A program made the position numbers and the translations under genes. The notes beneath the pieces were generated by a model. It saw only the letters and a program-made list of their open reading frames with translations, did no database searches and was not told the origin of the DNA. DNA of 52,534 bases from a virus (lineage: Duplodnaviria > Caudoviricetes): IMG/VR virus record IMGVR_UViG_3300010362_000021, positions 1-52,534 of that record. One strand, written 5' to 3'. Below, one piece after another: positions 19,691 through 27,340 of this stretch. Positions within the stretch are counted from its first letter, which is position 1, and every line of letters starts with the position of its first letter.

Positions 19691-20925
19691 CCATTGAACT
19701 CAGTCCGGTCGGTGTGGCCTGCCAGCTGGCGTGCCCGTACTGCTACGAGCATCCGCAGCGCGATGCGGGGAACTACTCCGCGGGCTATGACCTCGACGCC
19801 ATGAAGCGGGGCCTCGTCCGCGAGGGCGGATCGTTCTCGCTGTTCGGCGGCGAGCCCCTCTTGATGCACCTGCCCGATCTGGTCGAGATGCTGCGCTGGG
19901 GGTATGAGCGGTTCGGCTCGACCAGCATTCAAACCAATGGCGCCCTGATCACGCCGACCCATGTCGCGCTGTTCGCGCAGTATCACACCAGCGTCGGGCT
20001 CTCGCTCGATGGGCCCGAGGAGTTGAACGATGCACGCTGGGCCGGAAATCTCGAGAAAACGCGGGCAGCCACCATCGCCTCGTTCCGGGCCATCGACCTG
20101 CTGCTCGATGCGGGCCAGCCGCCGTCGCTCATCGTGACACTCCATCGCGGCAACGCTGCCGCCGCGCGGCTCCCACGGCTGCTCGCATGGTTCCGGAGTC
20201 TCGATGCCCGCGGCATCACGCACGTGCGGTTGCACGCCCTCGAAATCGATCACGCGGAGGTGCGCGATCAGCTGGCGCTGACCGAAGACGAGAACGTCGC
20301 CGCCTTCCTCGCGTGCTTGGACCTGCAGCGCCAGCTGCGCCAGCTGCGGTTCGACGTCTTCACGGATATGACGCAGCTGCTCCTCAGCGGCGATCAGGGC
20401 TCGTGCGTCTGGAATGCCTGCGACCCGTTGACGACCCCCGCGGTGCGGAACGTGAACGGCCTCGGCGGGCGTTCGAACTGCGGGCGCACGAACAAAGACG
20501 GCGTCGAGTGGGTGAAGGCGGATGGGCACGGCGTCGAACGCTATCGCGCGCTGTATACGACGCCGCAGGTCGACGGCGGCTGTCAGGGGTGCCGATTCTT
20601 TTACGCGTGCAAGGGGCAGTGTCCAGGCACCGCCATCGATGGCGATTGGCGCAATCGCACGGAGCAATGCGGATTGTGGATGCGCCTGTTCGAACGGCTC
20701 GAAGACGACCTCGTCACCTCAGGGCAGACGCCACTGACGCGCGTGCCCGCACGACGACTGGCGCTGGAGGAACGTGTGCTCAGCGACAGCCGACCACCGG
20801 ATCAGCAGCACGGCGACCATTGGGATGCCCCCGACGGCTACGCCCACCACGACGGCGCGTTCATCGTGCACGGCGATCACGGCTGGACCGAAGTCCATGG
20901 AGACCACACCGATGCCGGGGCCTGA
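19687..20925 (+). CDS. Radical SAM/SPASM-domain protein (peptide-maturase-like)
   Basis: CQLACPYC (CxxxCxxC), FGGEP, QTNG, SLDGP; C-terminal CVWNAC...NC...CQGCRFFYACKGQC...C (Cx2Cx5Cx3C). Confidence 0.93.
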   Translation: MTIELSPVGVACQLACPYCYEHPQRDAGNYSAGYDLDAMKRGLVREGGSFSLFGGEPLLMHLPDLVEMLRWGYERFGSTSIQTNGALITPTHVALFAQYHTSVGLSLDGPEELNDARWAGNLEKTRAATIASFRAIDLLLDAGQPPSLIVTLHRGNAAAARLPRLLAWFRSLDARGITHVRLHALEIDHAEVRDQLALTEDENVAAFLACLDLQRQLRQLRFDVFTDMTQLLLSGDQGSCVWNACDPLTTPAVRNVNGLGGRSNCGRTNKDGVEWVKADGHGVERYRALYTTPQVDGGCQGCRFFYACKGQCPGTAIDGDWRNRTEQCGLWMRLFERLEDDLVTSGQTPLTRVPARRLALEERVLSDSRPPDQQHGDHWDAPDGYAHHDGAFIVHGDHGWTEVHGDHTDAGA

Positions 20926-22105
20926 ATTCACACGGGTCGCGTGGGCCTCGGAGCAGGCGCAGGCGGTGTGGGCGCCACGCGTCGATGCGATCCGCGAGGC
21001 ATGGCTCGATGTCGAACTGCGCACCGTCGCGGAAGGCGTGCGACCTGCCGCCATCGTGTTTGATCGGCCCGGGCTCCACGACCGCCTCCGCTCGTTCGGG
21101 ATGCACGGGGCCCCGCTGGAGCAGCAGCGGTTCGCCGTCGCGCGGTCGACCACGACGGCGCAGGAGTTGGCGGCAGCATGGCGACGGCGGGATGACCCCA
21201 CGGTCGGGCAGTGCCTCGACTATCCCGAGTGCTGTGTGCGGTTCTTCGATCACGTCTGGAACGGGCGACAGCGGCGCGACACCACGCTGGACATGGCGCA
21301 GCGGAGCCCGACCCCGGTCGGCTCCAACATCCTCGGGCGCTGGCTCGGCGTGCGGCTGGTCTTCCATTTGCCCTGCGCCTTCGGCTGCTACCCGAGCGAA
21401 ATGCACGCGCAGCTGTATCGCGCCTTCCTGCCGCGCGACTGTGCCGCATGGGCGCACGAGCTGCTGTCGTGGCCCGTGCAGTATTCGGCGCTGCACGGGA
21501 TCGCAGAGGTGGTCTGGCCGGTCGTCAAGGTCATCACCAGCACCGACTACACGCCCACGCGTGAGGAGCGGCGGTTGACCGGCACGAGCTATCCGACCGA
21601 GGCGCCGCACGGGTTGAAGTTTCCGTTCCGCAAACCGGCGTTTGTGCCGTTGACGAGCCTCGCGAATTTCACGACCAGCGTCCACAGTGCGATCCGCGGG
21701 GATGCGTACTGGCGCGACAACGGGTTCGCGACGCTCGATGCGATGGAGGCGGCGCACGCGCAGATCCTGCGGGCCCTGGACGCCGCGCCCCCGCGCGGGC
21801 CCGTCCTCGATCTCGGGTGCGGGAACGGCGCCCTGCTCGAACGCATCGCCGCCCGCTTCGACGTCGCGGTCTCGGGCATCGAACGCGACGCCACGAAACG
21901 CAGCGCGATCCCAGTCGTCGTGCGTGACCTCCGCGACTGGAGCGGTGATGCCGTCGATACGATTCTCGTCTCGCAGCGCCGCTTCGAGGAGGTGCCTGGA
22001 CTCGAAGCGCGCGCCATGGAATCCGCACGACAGGTGCTCGTCTATTCCTACGATGCCCCGCAATCGTTTGAGGTGAGAGGCGGACATGTACACACGTCTG
22101 CTTGA
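20912..22105 (+). CDS. Cys-motif domain (DUF483-like) fused to class I SAM methyltransferase
   Basis: LDYPECCVRFF and FHLPCAFGC in the N-terminal part; VLDLGCGNG..GIE in the C-terminal part; overlaps the radical SAM stop. Confidence 0.75.
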   Translation: MPGPEFTRVAWASEQAQAVWAPRVDAIREAWLDVELRTVAEGVRPAAIVFDRPGLHDRLRSFGMHGAPLEQQRFAVARSTTTAQELAAAWRRRDDPTVGQCLDYPECCVRFFDHVWNGRQRRDTTLDMAQRSPTPVGSNILGRWLGVRLVFHLPCAFGCYPSEMHAQLYRAFLPRDCAAWAHELLSWPVQYSALHGIAEVVWPVVKVITSTDYTPTREERRLTGTSYPTEAPHGLKFPFRKPAFVPLTSLANFTTSVHSAIRGDAYWRDNGFATLDAMEAAHAQILRALDAAPPRGPVLDLGCGNGALLERIAARFDVAVSGIERDATKRSAIPVVVRDLRDWSGDAVDTILVSQRRFEEVPGLEARAMESARQVLVYSYDAPQSFEVRGGHVHTSA

Positions 22106-22469
22106 TGCGGCGACGGCCTTGAGCGTCGCCTCGCCCGTGGCCTATCGCGCGTGGCACCAGCGATCCCTCCACGATGCGGCCATGGTCCACGAGTCATCGG
22201 TGGTGCTCGTGGCGCGCATCGATCACGGGCGCTGGATTGTCGATTGTCTCTGTGGCGCAGGCGTCTACACCCATCCGGAGTGGCGCCTCGCCTGCTGTGT
22301 GGATTGCGGCGCGATCTATCACGACATCGTGATGCCGTCGGCCCCGGCCATCGCCGCGCTGACGCGGTTGCTACTGGCGCGGGCTCGTCGCGAGAACCAG
22401 CACTGGTCCCCGGGCGAATCGCTCGACAGGCTCAAGGCCGAAAACCTCGCGCACAATGTAGGAGTGTAA
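22086..22469 (+). CDS. Cys-rich (Zn-ribbon-like) hypothetical protein
   Basis: GRWIVDCLCG...CCVDCG...WSPGESL..L.AEN. Confidence 0.7.
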   Translation: MYTRLLDAATALSVASPVAYRAWHQRSLHDAAMVHESSVVLVARIDHGRWIVDCLCGAGVYTHPEWRLACCVDCGAIYHDIVMPSAPAIAALTRLLLARARRENQHWSPGESLDRLKAENLAHNVGV

Positions 22470-22471
22470 GT

Positions 22472-22984
22472 ATGGCGTGGACGACACCGCGGACGTGGGT
22501 CGCTGGCGAACTCGTGACAGCGACCATGCTCAACACCCACATCCGAGACAATCTGAATTACTTGTACGGCGGCGGCACCTCGGCGTCGTGGACGCCCACC
22601 GTGACGTTCGACACCGCCGGCAATCTCAGCATCGTCTACGCCGTGCGGTACGGGCTCTATATCAAGCAGGGCCAGTTGGTGGTGCTGCACACGTACATCT
22701 CGACGTCCACCTTCACGTTTACGACAGCCTCCGGAGGGTTGCGGATTACGGGGCTGCCATTCCCGGCCCAATCGACCAACGACGTGGCGGGCGGCGGATT
22801 GATCTGGCGCGGCATCACGAAAGCGAGTTACACGCACATGACGCCGGTCATTCAGGGCCTGACGCAGTCGATGTATATCAACGCCTCAGGGTCGGGGCAG
22901 ACCCCCAGCACGATCAGTGCGACCGACACGCCGTCGGGGGGCACGCTCGTCCTCGCCTTCTCGCTCGGCTACATCACGCCCTGA
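22472..22984 (+). CDS. Minor tail / short fibre protein
   Basis: MAWTTPRTWVAGELVTATMLNTHIRDNLNYL, WTPT, GLYIKQGQLV, ITGLPF: fibre-head-like beta domain. Confidence 0.78.
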   Translation: MAWTTPRTWVAGELVTATMLNTHIRDNLNYLYGGGTSASWTPTVTFDTAGNLSIVYAVRYGLYIKQGQLVVLHTYISTSTFTFTTASGGLRITGLPFPAQSTNDVAGGGLIWRGITKASYTHMTPVIQGLTQSMYINASGSGQTPSTISATDTPSGGTLVLAFSLGYITP

Positions 22985-23097
22985 GAGGGCAGCCCAGCGG
23001 ACGCGCTGCTGCAAATGGGTGCACCAGTCGTCCCATTCAATCATGGCGCGCACCGCGGCCCATCCCGCTGGCGTGACGTACGTGCGATTGTGGAGCG

Positions 23098-23253
23098 TCA
23101 TCGATCCGCCTCGACCACGGCGGCGCGGGCGCGTTCCTTGCGCTGCTGGTACATCCGATTCTTGAAACACCACGGACACCCGCCGTGACAGCGGCAGCTG
23201 CGATCAAAACGACGGGACCGTCGATACGGATGCTTTTTCCGCGACCGGCTCAT
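23098..23253 (-). CDS. Small basic Cys/His protein (51 aa)
   Basis: DRSCRCHGGCPWCFKNR; extended -10-like TGnTACGCT 6 nt upstream, so probably leaderless. Confidence 0.65.
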   Translation of the reverse strand: MSRSRKKHPYRRSRRFDRSCRCHGGCPWCFKNRMYQQRKERARAAVVEADR

Positions 23254-23292
23254 GACCGCAGCGTAACACGCCAACGAAAAAGTGCGGCACCC

Positions 23293-23333
23293 CAAGCTGT
23301 AGGGGAAGGCCGCATCGCTCGCGCCTGCATTCT
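23293..23333 (+). promoter_or_regulatory. Putative late promoter 2: CAAGCTGTAGGG-N23-CATTCT
   Basis: Same 12-mer and spacing; ATG of 23342 lies 8 nt after the hexamer. Confidence 0.75.
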
Positions 23334-23341
23334 GGCGGGCG

Positions 23342-24538
23342 ATGACCCGCCAACTGTTCTTCAACGTGTCTGGCGACCCGCGGAAGGACGCACCGTGGTG
23401 TGAGCCCGATGCACCGGAAGGCGCCCCGCCGATCCCGCTGCAATTTCAACCCGGAGCCACGCCGCCCAATCGGGCGATGGTCGATGTGCCGTCGCAATAC
23501 ACCGGAGGCGCGACGGTCTGGTTTCAAAACTCGGTGAAAAGTTTCCGCGTGATCCTCCCGCCCCTCGGCGAGGAAATCCAGGCGGAGGCGGGCCAGCCGC
23601 CGCAGCTGCCGCCCGAATACAACGGTGATGCGAGCAAGGTCGCCCTCGCGTACGTGTGGGATCTGCCGCGCCCCGTGTGGGATGGCACCTATCTCCGCTT
23701 CGCCGATGGGCGCCGCTATGTCGCGCGCCACATCACCGGCTTCCTCGACTACAAGCTCTGGTTGGATGGCGGCGCCGCGGCCCTCGGGCCCGTCCTCCGT
23801 CAGTCGCAAGACCTCGGCGTGCGGGGCCGACGGGTGCTGCCGCACATCGTCAACATCACGAATTTCAATCCCGACGACTACGGTGAACGGTACTGGCAGG
23901 AACTCCCGGGCTATCTGGATTTCAATCTGGAGTACGGGCAGGAGGTCGACTTCCCGGTCCTGAGCGACACGCAGTATCGCGGCTGGCCGCTCGGCAAGTG
24001 TCAGGATTTCTGGAATCGGTTCTGCGCGACCGTGCTGAATTGCTGCTGGCTCTCGCTCACGAACGAGTACGACCACGGCGGCAATCTCGTCGGCACCCCG
24101 AACGACTACAACCGCCCGAACGATCCCATCGTCTCGCAGGGCAGTGCCGTTAGCGATGCGCCGCCGCCGCGTCCAGGCTGGGGCTCACGCGAATTTCACG
24201 TGCAGAAACCGTTTCCCAAAATCGGGCTCTGCGAAGACATGTATTTCAATCGCATCGGCTTTGACGCGGACGGAAAGCAGTGGGGCCCCGTGCTCCCGAC
24301 CCGCCTCACGGAAATCTGTCGCTTCAATGAAGACCCGAACGCCTACAACCCATGGCTGGCGAATTGCCTCGCGTACCAGTCGATGGCGTACGGCGACGGG
24401 ATGACGTTCCACTGCGAAGACGGCAAGTACTCACGACTGCTCGCGCCCAATCAAGCCCGCTGCTGCGCCTCTGCGATGGCGGTGCTCGCCAGTGCTGAAA
24501 TGCATGTTTCGAGGAAAGGACACCACCATGGCCGCTGA
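23342..24538 (+). CDS. Hypothetical protein, possible clan GH-A (TIM-barrel) glycoside hydrolase
   Basis: 398 aa, aromatic-rich; LTNEY resembles the acid/base NE motif, later LTE and TFH; function is inferred. Confidence 0.55.
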   Translation: MTRQLFFNVSGDPRKDAPWCEPDAPEGAPPIPLQFQPGATPPNRAMVDVPSQYTGGATVWFQNSVKSFRVILPPLGEEIQAEAGQPPQLPPEYNGDASKVALAYVWDLPRPVWDGTYLRFADGRRYVARHITGFLDYKLWLDGGAAALGPVLRQSQDLGVRGRRVLPHIVNITNFNPDDYGERYWQELPGYLDFNLEYGQEVDFPVLSDTQYRGWPLGKCQDFWNRFCATVLNCCWLSLTNEYDHGGNLVGTPNDYNRPNDPIVSQGSAVSDAPPPRPGWGSREFHVQKPFPKIGLCEDMYFNRIGFDADGKQWGPVLPTRLTEICRFNEDPNAYNPWLANCLAYQSMAYGDGMTFHCEDGKYSRLLAPNQARCCASAMAVLASAEMHVSRKGHHHGR

Positions 24539-24893
24539 TCCGATCAAGCAACCCGCCGACCCGACGGGCACCTTGCACTTGTATCTCTCGACGCTGCAAC
24601 TGCACGGCGACGAAGCCACCCTGAGTGGCATCTACGACGCGTGGGAAGCCTTCCAGCAAGCCGTCACCGAGGCCGGTGATGCGTGGGGTGGTAACGCGCA
24701 GGTCGTGCCCGATCCGGTGCCGCCGCCCGAACCAGACGCCGCGCCCCCCGATCCCAACGCCCCGCCCGCCTTCAAGGCGCTGATGGATCGCATCGCCGAG
24801 GCGGCGAAGCCCGCCGTGCCGACGAGCAGCACGGGCACCACGACCAGCGGGACGTCCTCGCTGTCGGGCACGAGCAGCACGGCCCCGTACTAA
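24528..24893 (+). CDS. Hypothetical Pro/Ser/Thr-rich protein
   Basis: AAGGA RBS; last gene of the + strand block. Confidence 0.65.
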   Translation: MAADPIKQPADPTGTLHLYLSTLQLHGDEATLSGIYDAWEAFQQAVTEAGDAWGGNAQVVPDPVPPPEPDAAPPDPNAPPAFKALMDRIAEAAKPAVPTSSTGTTTSGTSSLSGTSSTAPY

Positions 24894-24932
24894 ACGACAA
24901 AAGGGCGGGCCTCCGATCCGGAGTGCCCGCCC
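24892..24932 (-). terminator. Intrinsic terminator for the leftward operon (possibly bidirectional)
   Basis: GGGCGGGC/GCCCGCCC stem followed on the - strand by TTTTGTCGTTT; between convergent genes. Confidence 0.75.
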
Positions 24933-24951
24933 CCTCGCCGCGCGCCAGTTT

Positions 24952-25131
24952 CTACTTGGCCCGCTTCGTCGCCGCCATCAGCGGGTCGAGTCCGACCTTG
25001 GCGTACATCGTCACCAGCTGCACGACAATCCAGCGCATGGATCGGCCTTCCGCCTTGGCCCGCTTCAGCGCCTGCTCGAACTCCTTCGACTCGATAGGAT
25101 TCAGATCCCGCACGATGTAGGCGTTCGGCAT
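24952..25131 (-). CDS. Ribbon-helix-helix (Arc-like) DNA-binding protein
   Basis: AYIVRDL...ALKRAKAEGRSMRWIVVQLV; GGAGGT RBS. Confidence 0.7.
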   Translation of the reverse strand: MPNAYIVRDLNPIESKEFEQALKRAKAEGRSMRWIVVQLVTMYAKVGLDPLMAATKRAK

Positions 25132-25685
25132 TACCGCACCTCCTCCCCGACCGCCTGCGCGAGCCCTTCGATGGTGCGCGGCGCCGTTGTCGTAATCGCA
25201 GTGACCGCCGCGCTGTGGACGGCGGTGCCAATCGTCCCGGCCACGTTCGCTTGGCCCGAGAGCGTCGTGGATTGCCAGAGTTGCGTCACCGTTCCGGTGA
25301 TCGCGTTGCCCGAATTGTGCAGCGCCCAATTCGTGATGATCGTGATGCCATCGGAGAAGTAGGTCGCCGATAACGCGAGCGACCCATCGCTCAGGATGGT
25401 GCCCCCGGTCGATGGGAACGCGAGCGAGCCGAGGGTGAAGGAGCCCGTCGCGGACGTGCCGTTCTGCGTGAGCGTGATGCTGTAGCGCGGGGTCGTCCCC
25501 ATGAGCCCGCAGGGGTTGGCCAGTGCCATCCCTCCGCTCTGCGTGCAGCCGGTGACGGTATAGGTGCCCGACCACGTGCCCGCATAGTTCGGGGGCGGAG
25601 GCGCCGACGGACCCGTGGCGGAATTGCCGCCGCAGGCAGTCAACAACAAGCTGGTCGAGACACACGCGAGCAATCTTCGATTCAT
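25131..25685 (-). CDS. Lipoprotein
   Basis: MNRR, hydrophobic stretch and lipobox LTAC, then GGNSATGPSAPPPP tether and a beta-rich domain. Confidence 0.82.
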   Translation of the reverse strand: MNRRLLACVSTSLLLTACGGNSATGPSAPPPPNYAGTWSGTYTVTGCTQSGGMALANPCGLMGTTPRYSITLTQNGTSATGSFTLGSLAFPSTGGTILSDGSLALSATYFSDGITIITNWALHNSGNAITGTVTQLWQSTTLSGQANVAGTIGTAVHSAAVTAITTTAPRTIEGLAQAVGEEVR

Positions 25686-25759
25686 GATTTCTGTCCCTTT
25701 GTTTGGTTTGGTTGGTTGATACAGCGAACACTCGTCGGCGAAGCATTCCCCCCCCTACA

Positions 25760-26014
25760 TCACAGCCCTCCCTCGTCGTCCCGATTGGCCACCGCGGCGA
25801 TCACCCGCCGCAGCGCGAGCTTCCGATCCTTCACCTCGGCCTCGGCGGCACGCAGCGCCGCCTTCGCCTTGCGGCGGCGAGCGATGGCGCGTTCGAGTTC
25901 CCGCGCCACGCTCACCACGAGGTCTTGGTGTTTCGTTTTCGCCGCTTGCAGGTGTGGCCCGGGGTGCGTCAGCGCCTCGGCCACCTCCTGCGCGCGGGTC
26001 AGTCGCTTGTTCAT
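25760..26014 (-). CDS. Hypothetical coiled-coil protein
   Basis: GGAGG RBS, ATGA coupling, helical composition. Confidence 0.6.
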   Translation of the reverse strand: MNKRLTRAQEVAEALTHPGPHLQAAKTKHQDLVVSVARELERAIARRRKAKAALRAAEAEVKDRKLALRRVIAAVANRDDEGGL

Positions 26015-26376
26015 CGCACCCTCCGTCCATCGATGTCGTAGACCCGCAGTTCCGCGAAGGTCTCGCGTTCGCTCCAGTAATCGAATTCCCGCATGGCCAA
26101 GTCGAGGCGCGACCGGAATCCGATCAGGCCCCAGCGACCGCGCTGGTCCGGGCGTTCGTTGTCGTCGGCCTTCGTGAGGCACACGACCGCGTGGGTGTAT
26201 TCCCGCGCCGAGGTGCGCGTGAAGGTGCCGACGTCCGTCACGACCGTGTAGGTCGTGGGGTACGAGGCCTCGAAGGTGCCGCCCTCGGTGCGCGGGCAGT
26301 GCAGGTAGCCCCGCCCGTAGTCCATGTGATCCGTTTTGAATGCGCCACACCGGCCGCATACTGGTGTTCGTTTCAT
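26011..26376 (-). CDS. Hypothetical protein (CxxC)
   Basis: GGAGG RBS; tightly packed in the operon. Confidence 0.65.
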   Translation of the reverse strand: MKRTPVCGRCGAFKTDHMDYGRGYLHCPRTEGGTFEASYPTTYTVVTDVGTFTRTSAREYTHAVVCLTKADDNERPDQRGRWGLIGFRSRLDLAMREFDYWSERETFAELRVYDIDGRRVR

Positions 26377-26730
26377 CTACTTGTCCTCCACCGGGGGCAG
26401 GCCGCGCAGCGCGCGATCCGCGTTCAATTGTTCCGGGTCGATGTTCGGGCAGGCGTCGATCCCGTGATCGTCGCCTTGGCAGAAGGGGCAGCGCACCTCG
26501 GTGGCCATCCGAACCAGCGCCGCCTTCGAGACGTTCTTCAGCACCCGCTCGTCTTCCGTTTCCACCCAAACCGACACGCTGTTCTCTTTCACCACGATCC
26601 CGTCCCGCAGGCCTCGGCTGGTCCGGACCTGCACGCTCGTGCCGACCGGCCAGTACCACGTCGCATCCCACTCGGGGGTCGTATAGGTGAACGTTCCGTC
26701 CGCGCGCCGCCGCATCATCTCGCTCGCCAT
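26377..26730 (-). CDS. Hypothetical protein with C-terminal CCHC knuckle
   Basis: CPFCQGDDHGIDAC (Cx2Cx4Hx4C); TAATG coupling. Confidence 0.65.
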   Translation of the reverse strand: MASEMMRRRADGTFTYTTPEWDATWYWPVGTSVQVRTSRGLRDGIVVKENSVSVWVETEDERVLKNVSKAALVRMATEVRCPFCQGDDHGIDACPNIDPEQLNADRALRGLPPVEDK

Positions 26731-26918
26731 TACTGCTGCTCCTCGACCAGCTGCCAGCTGGTGAAAAATCGGCCCGCGAAGGTGGAGAGGACCATCACCT
26801 CGACCACCCGGGACTCCTCGACGTTCTGCAGGGCCTCCAGCGCCCGGGCCTGCATCCATCGCTGCTTGAACTCGCCAACCGTCATCCGCTCGACCCGCTG
26901 CCTCATCACTGCCTCCAT
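26730..26918 (-). CDS. Hypothetical protein
   Basis: 62 aa, first gene after the promoter at 26925-26952. Confidence 0.55.
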   Translation of the reverse strand: MEAVMRQRVERMTVGEFKQRWMQARALEALQNVEESRVVEVMVLSTFAGRFFTSWQLVEEQQ

Positions 26919-26924
26919 AGCGAC

Positions 26925-26952
26925 AGCTTAGCTCTCGCTAAGCGTGAAGCAA
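26925..26952 (-). promoter_or_regulatory. Sigma70-like promoter TTGCTT-N16-TAAGCT with overlapping inverted repeat GCTTAGC-N4-GCTAAGC
   Basis: -10 hexamer is 6 nt from the ATG at 26918; perfect 7-bp inverted repeat at 26926-26943. Confidence 0.55.
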
Positions 26953-27059
26953 GCCTAATCGGGAAGGGGCGCCGCCTGGAAAAGGCGATTCGAAGGCGAA
27001 GCGGCGGCTGTGGGGCGCGGGGCGGCGCGGCGGGGGAACGGCCGACCGCGCCCGGGATC

Positions 27060-27336
27060 GGCGCCACGTGGGGCCGACAGGCGGGCACGTTTCCAGCCAC
27101 GTTTGCCCTGTTATCAAGGGTCGTTAAGGGCCTTCAGGGCCGCTGGCGGCGCCCGGGCATGGCCCCCCGAAACTGCGGATTGAGGCCCGTTTTACGCGGG
27201 TCTTTTAGGGATTTTGAGGGGGTGTGGCCCCGGGCCTCAGGAACGTTCCTGAGCCTGCTCGGGGCCACGCTATGGGGTGGGATTTGCTAGGCGAGTCTAT
27301 CACTTACGGGGAATGGCCACGTTGGCCAGCCACGGA
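27060..27336. other. Probable attP region
   Basis: Non-coding DNA next to the integrase 3' end; GCCACG repeats near 27063, 27096, 27264, 27316 and 27329 flank a long inverted repeat at 27224-27268. Confidence 0.55.
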
Positions 27337-27340
27337 ATGG

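Noticed and set aside
19687-20925. Radical SAM gene as QueE, NrdG or MoaA for DNA-base or cofactor synthesis
   Set aside because: It has a full SPASM Cys set, lies in the tail operon, and no folE, queC, queD, dpdA or nrdD partner is present
22886-23101. Extra - strand ORF (MTLHNRTY...) coupled to 23098-23253
   Set aside because: ATGA coupling is suggestive, but it overlaps the convergent tail gene by about 100 bp and has no motif
25724-25766. Fifth late box on the - strand (TGATGTAGGGG) upstream of the lipoprotein gene
   Set aside because: Only the TGTAGGG half matches and there is no CAnnnT hexamer at the 23-bp spacing
26919-27340. tRNA gene or tRNA-derived att core near the integrase
   Set aside because: No cloverleaf or T-loop GTTCRA followed by an acceptor stem could be found by eye
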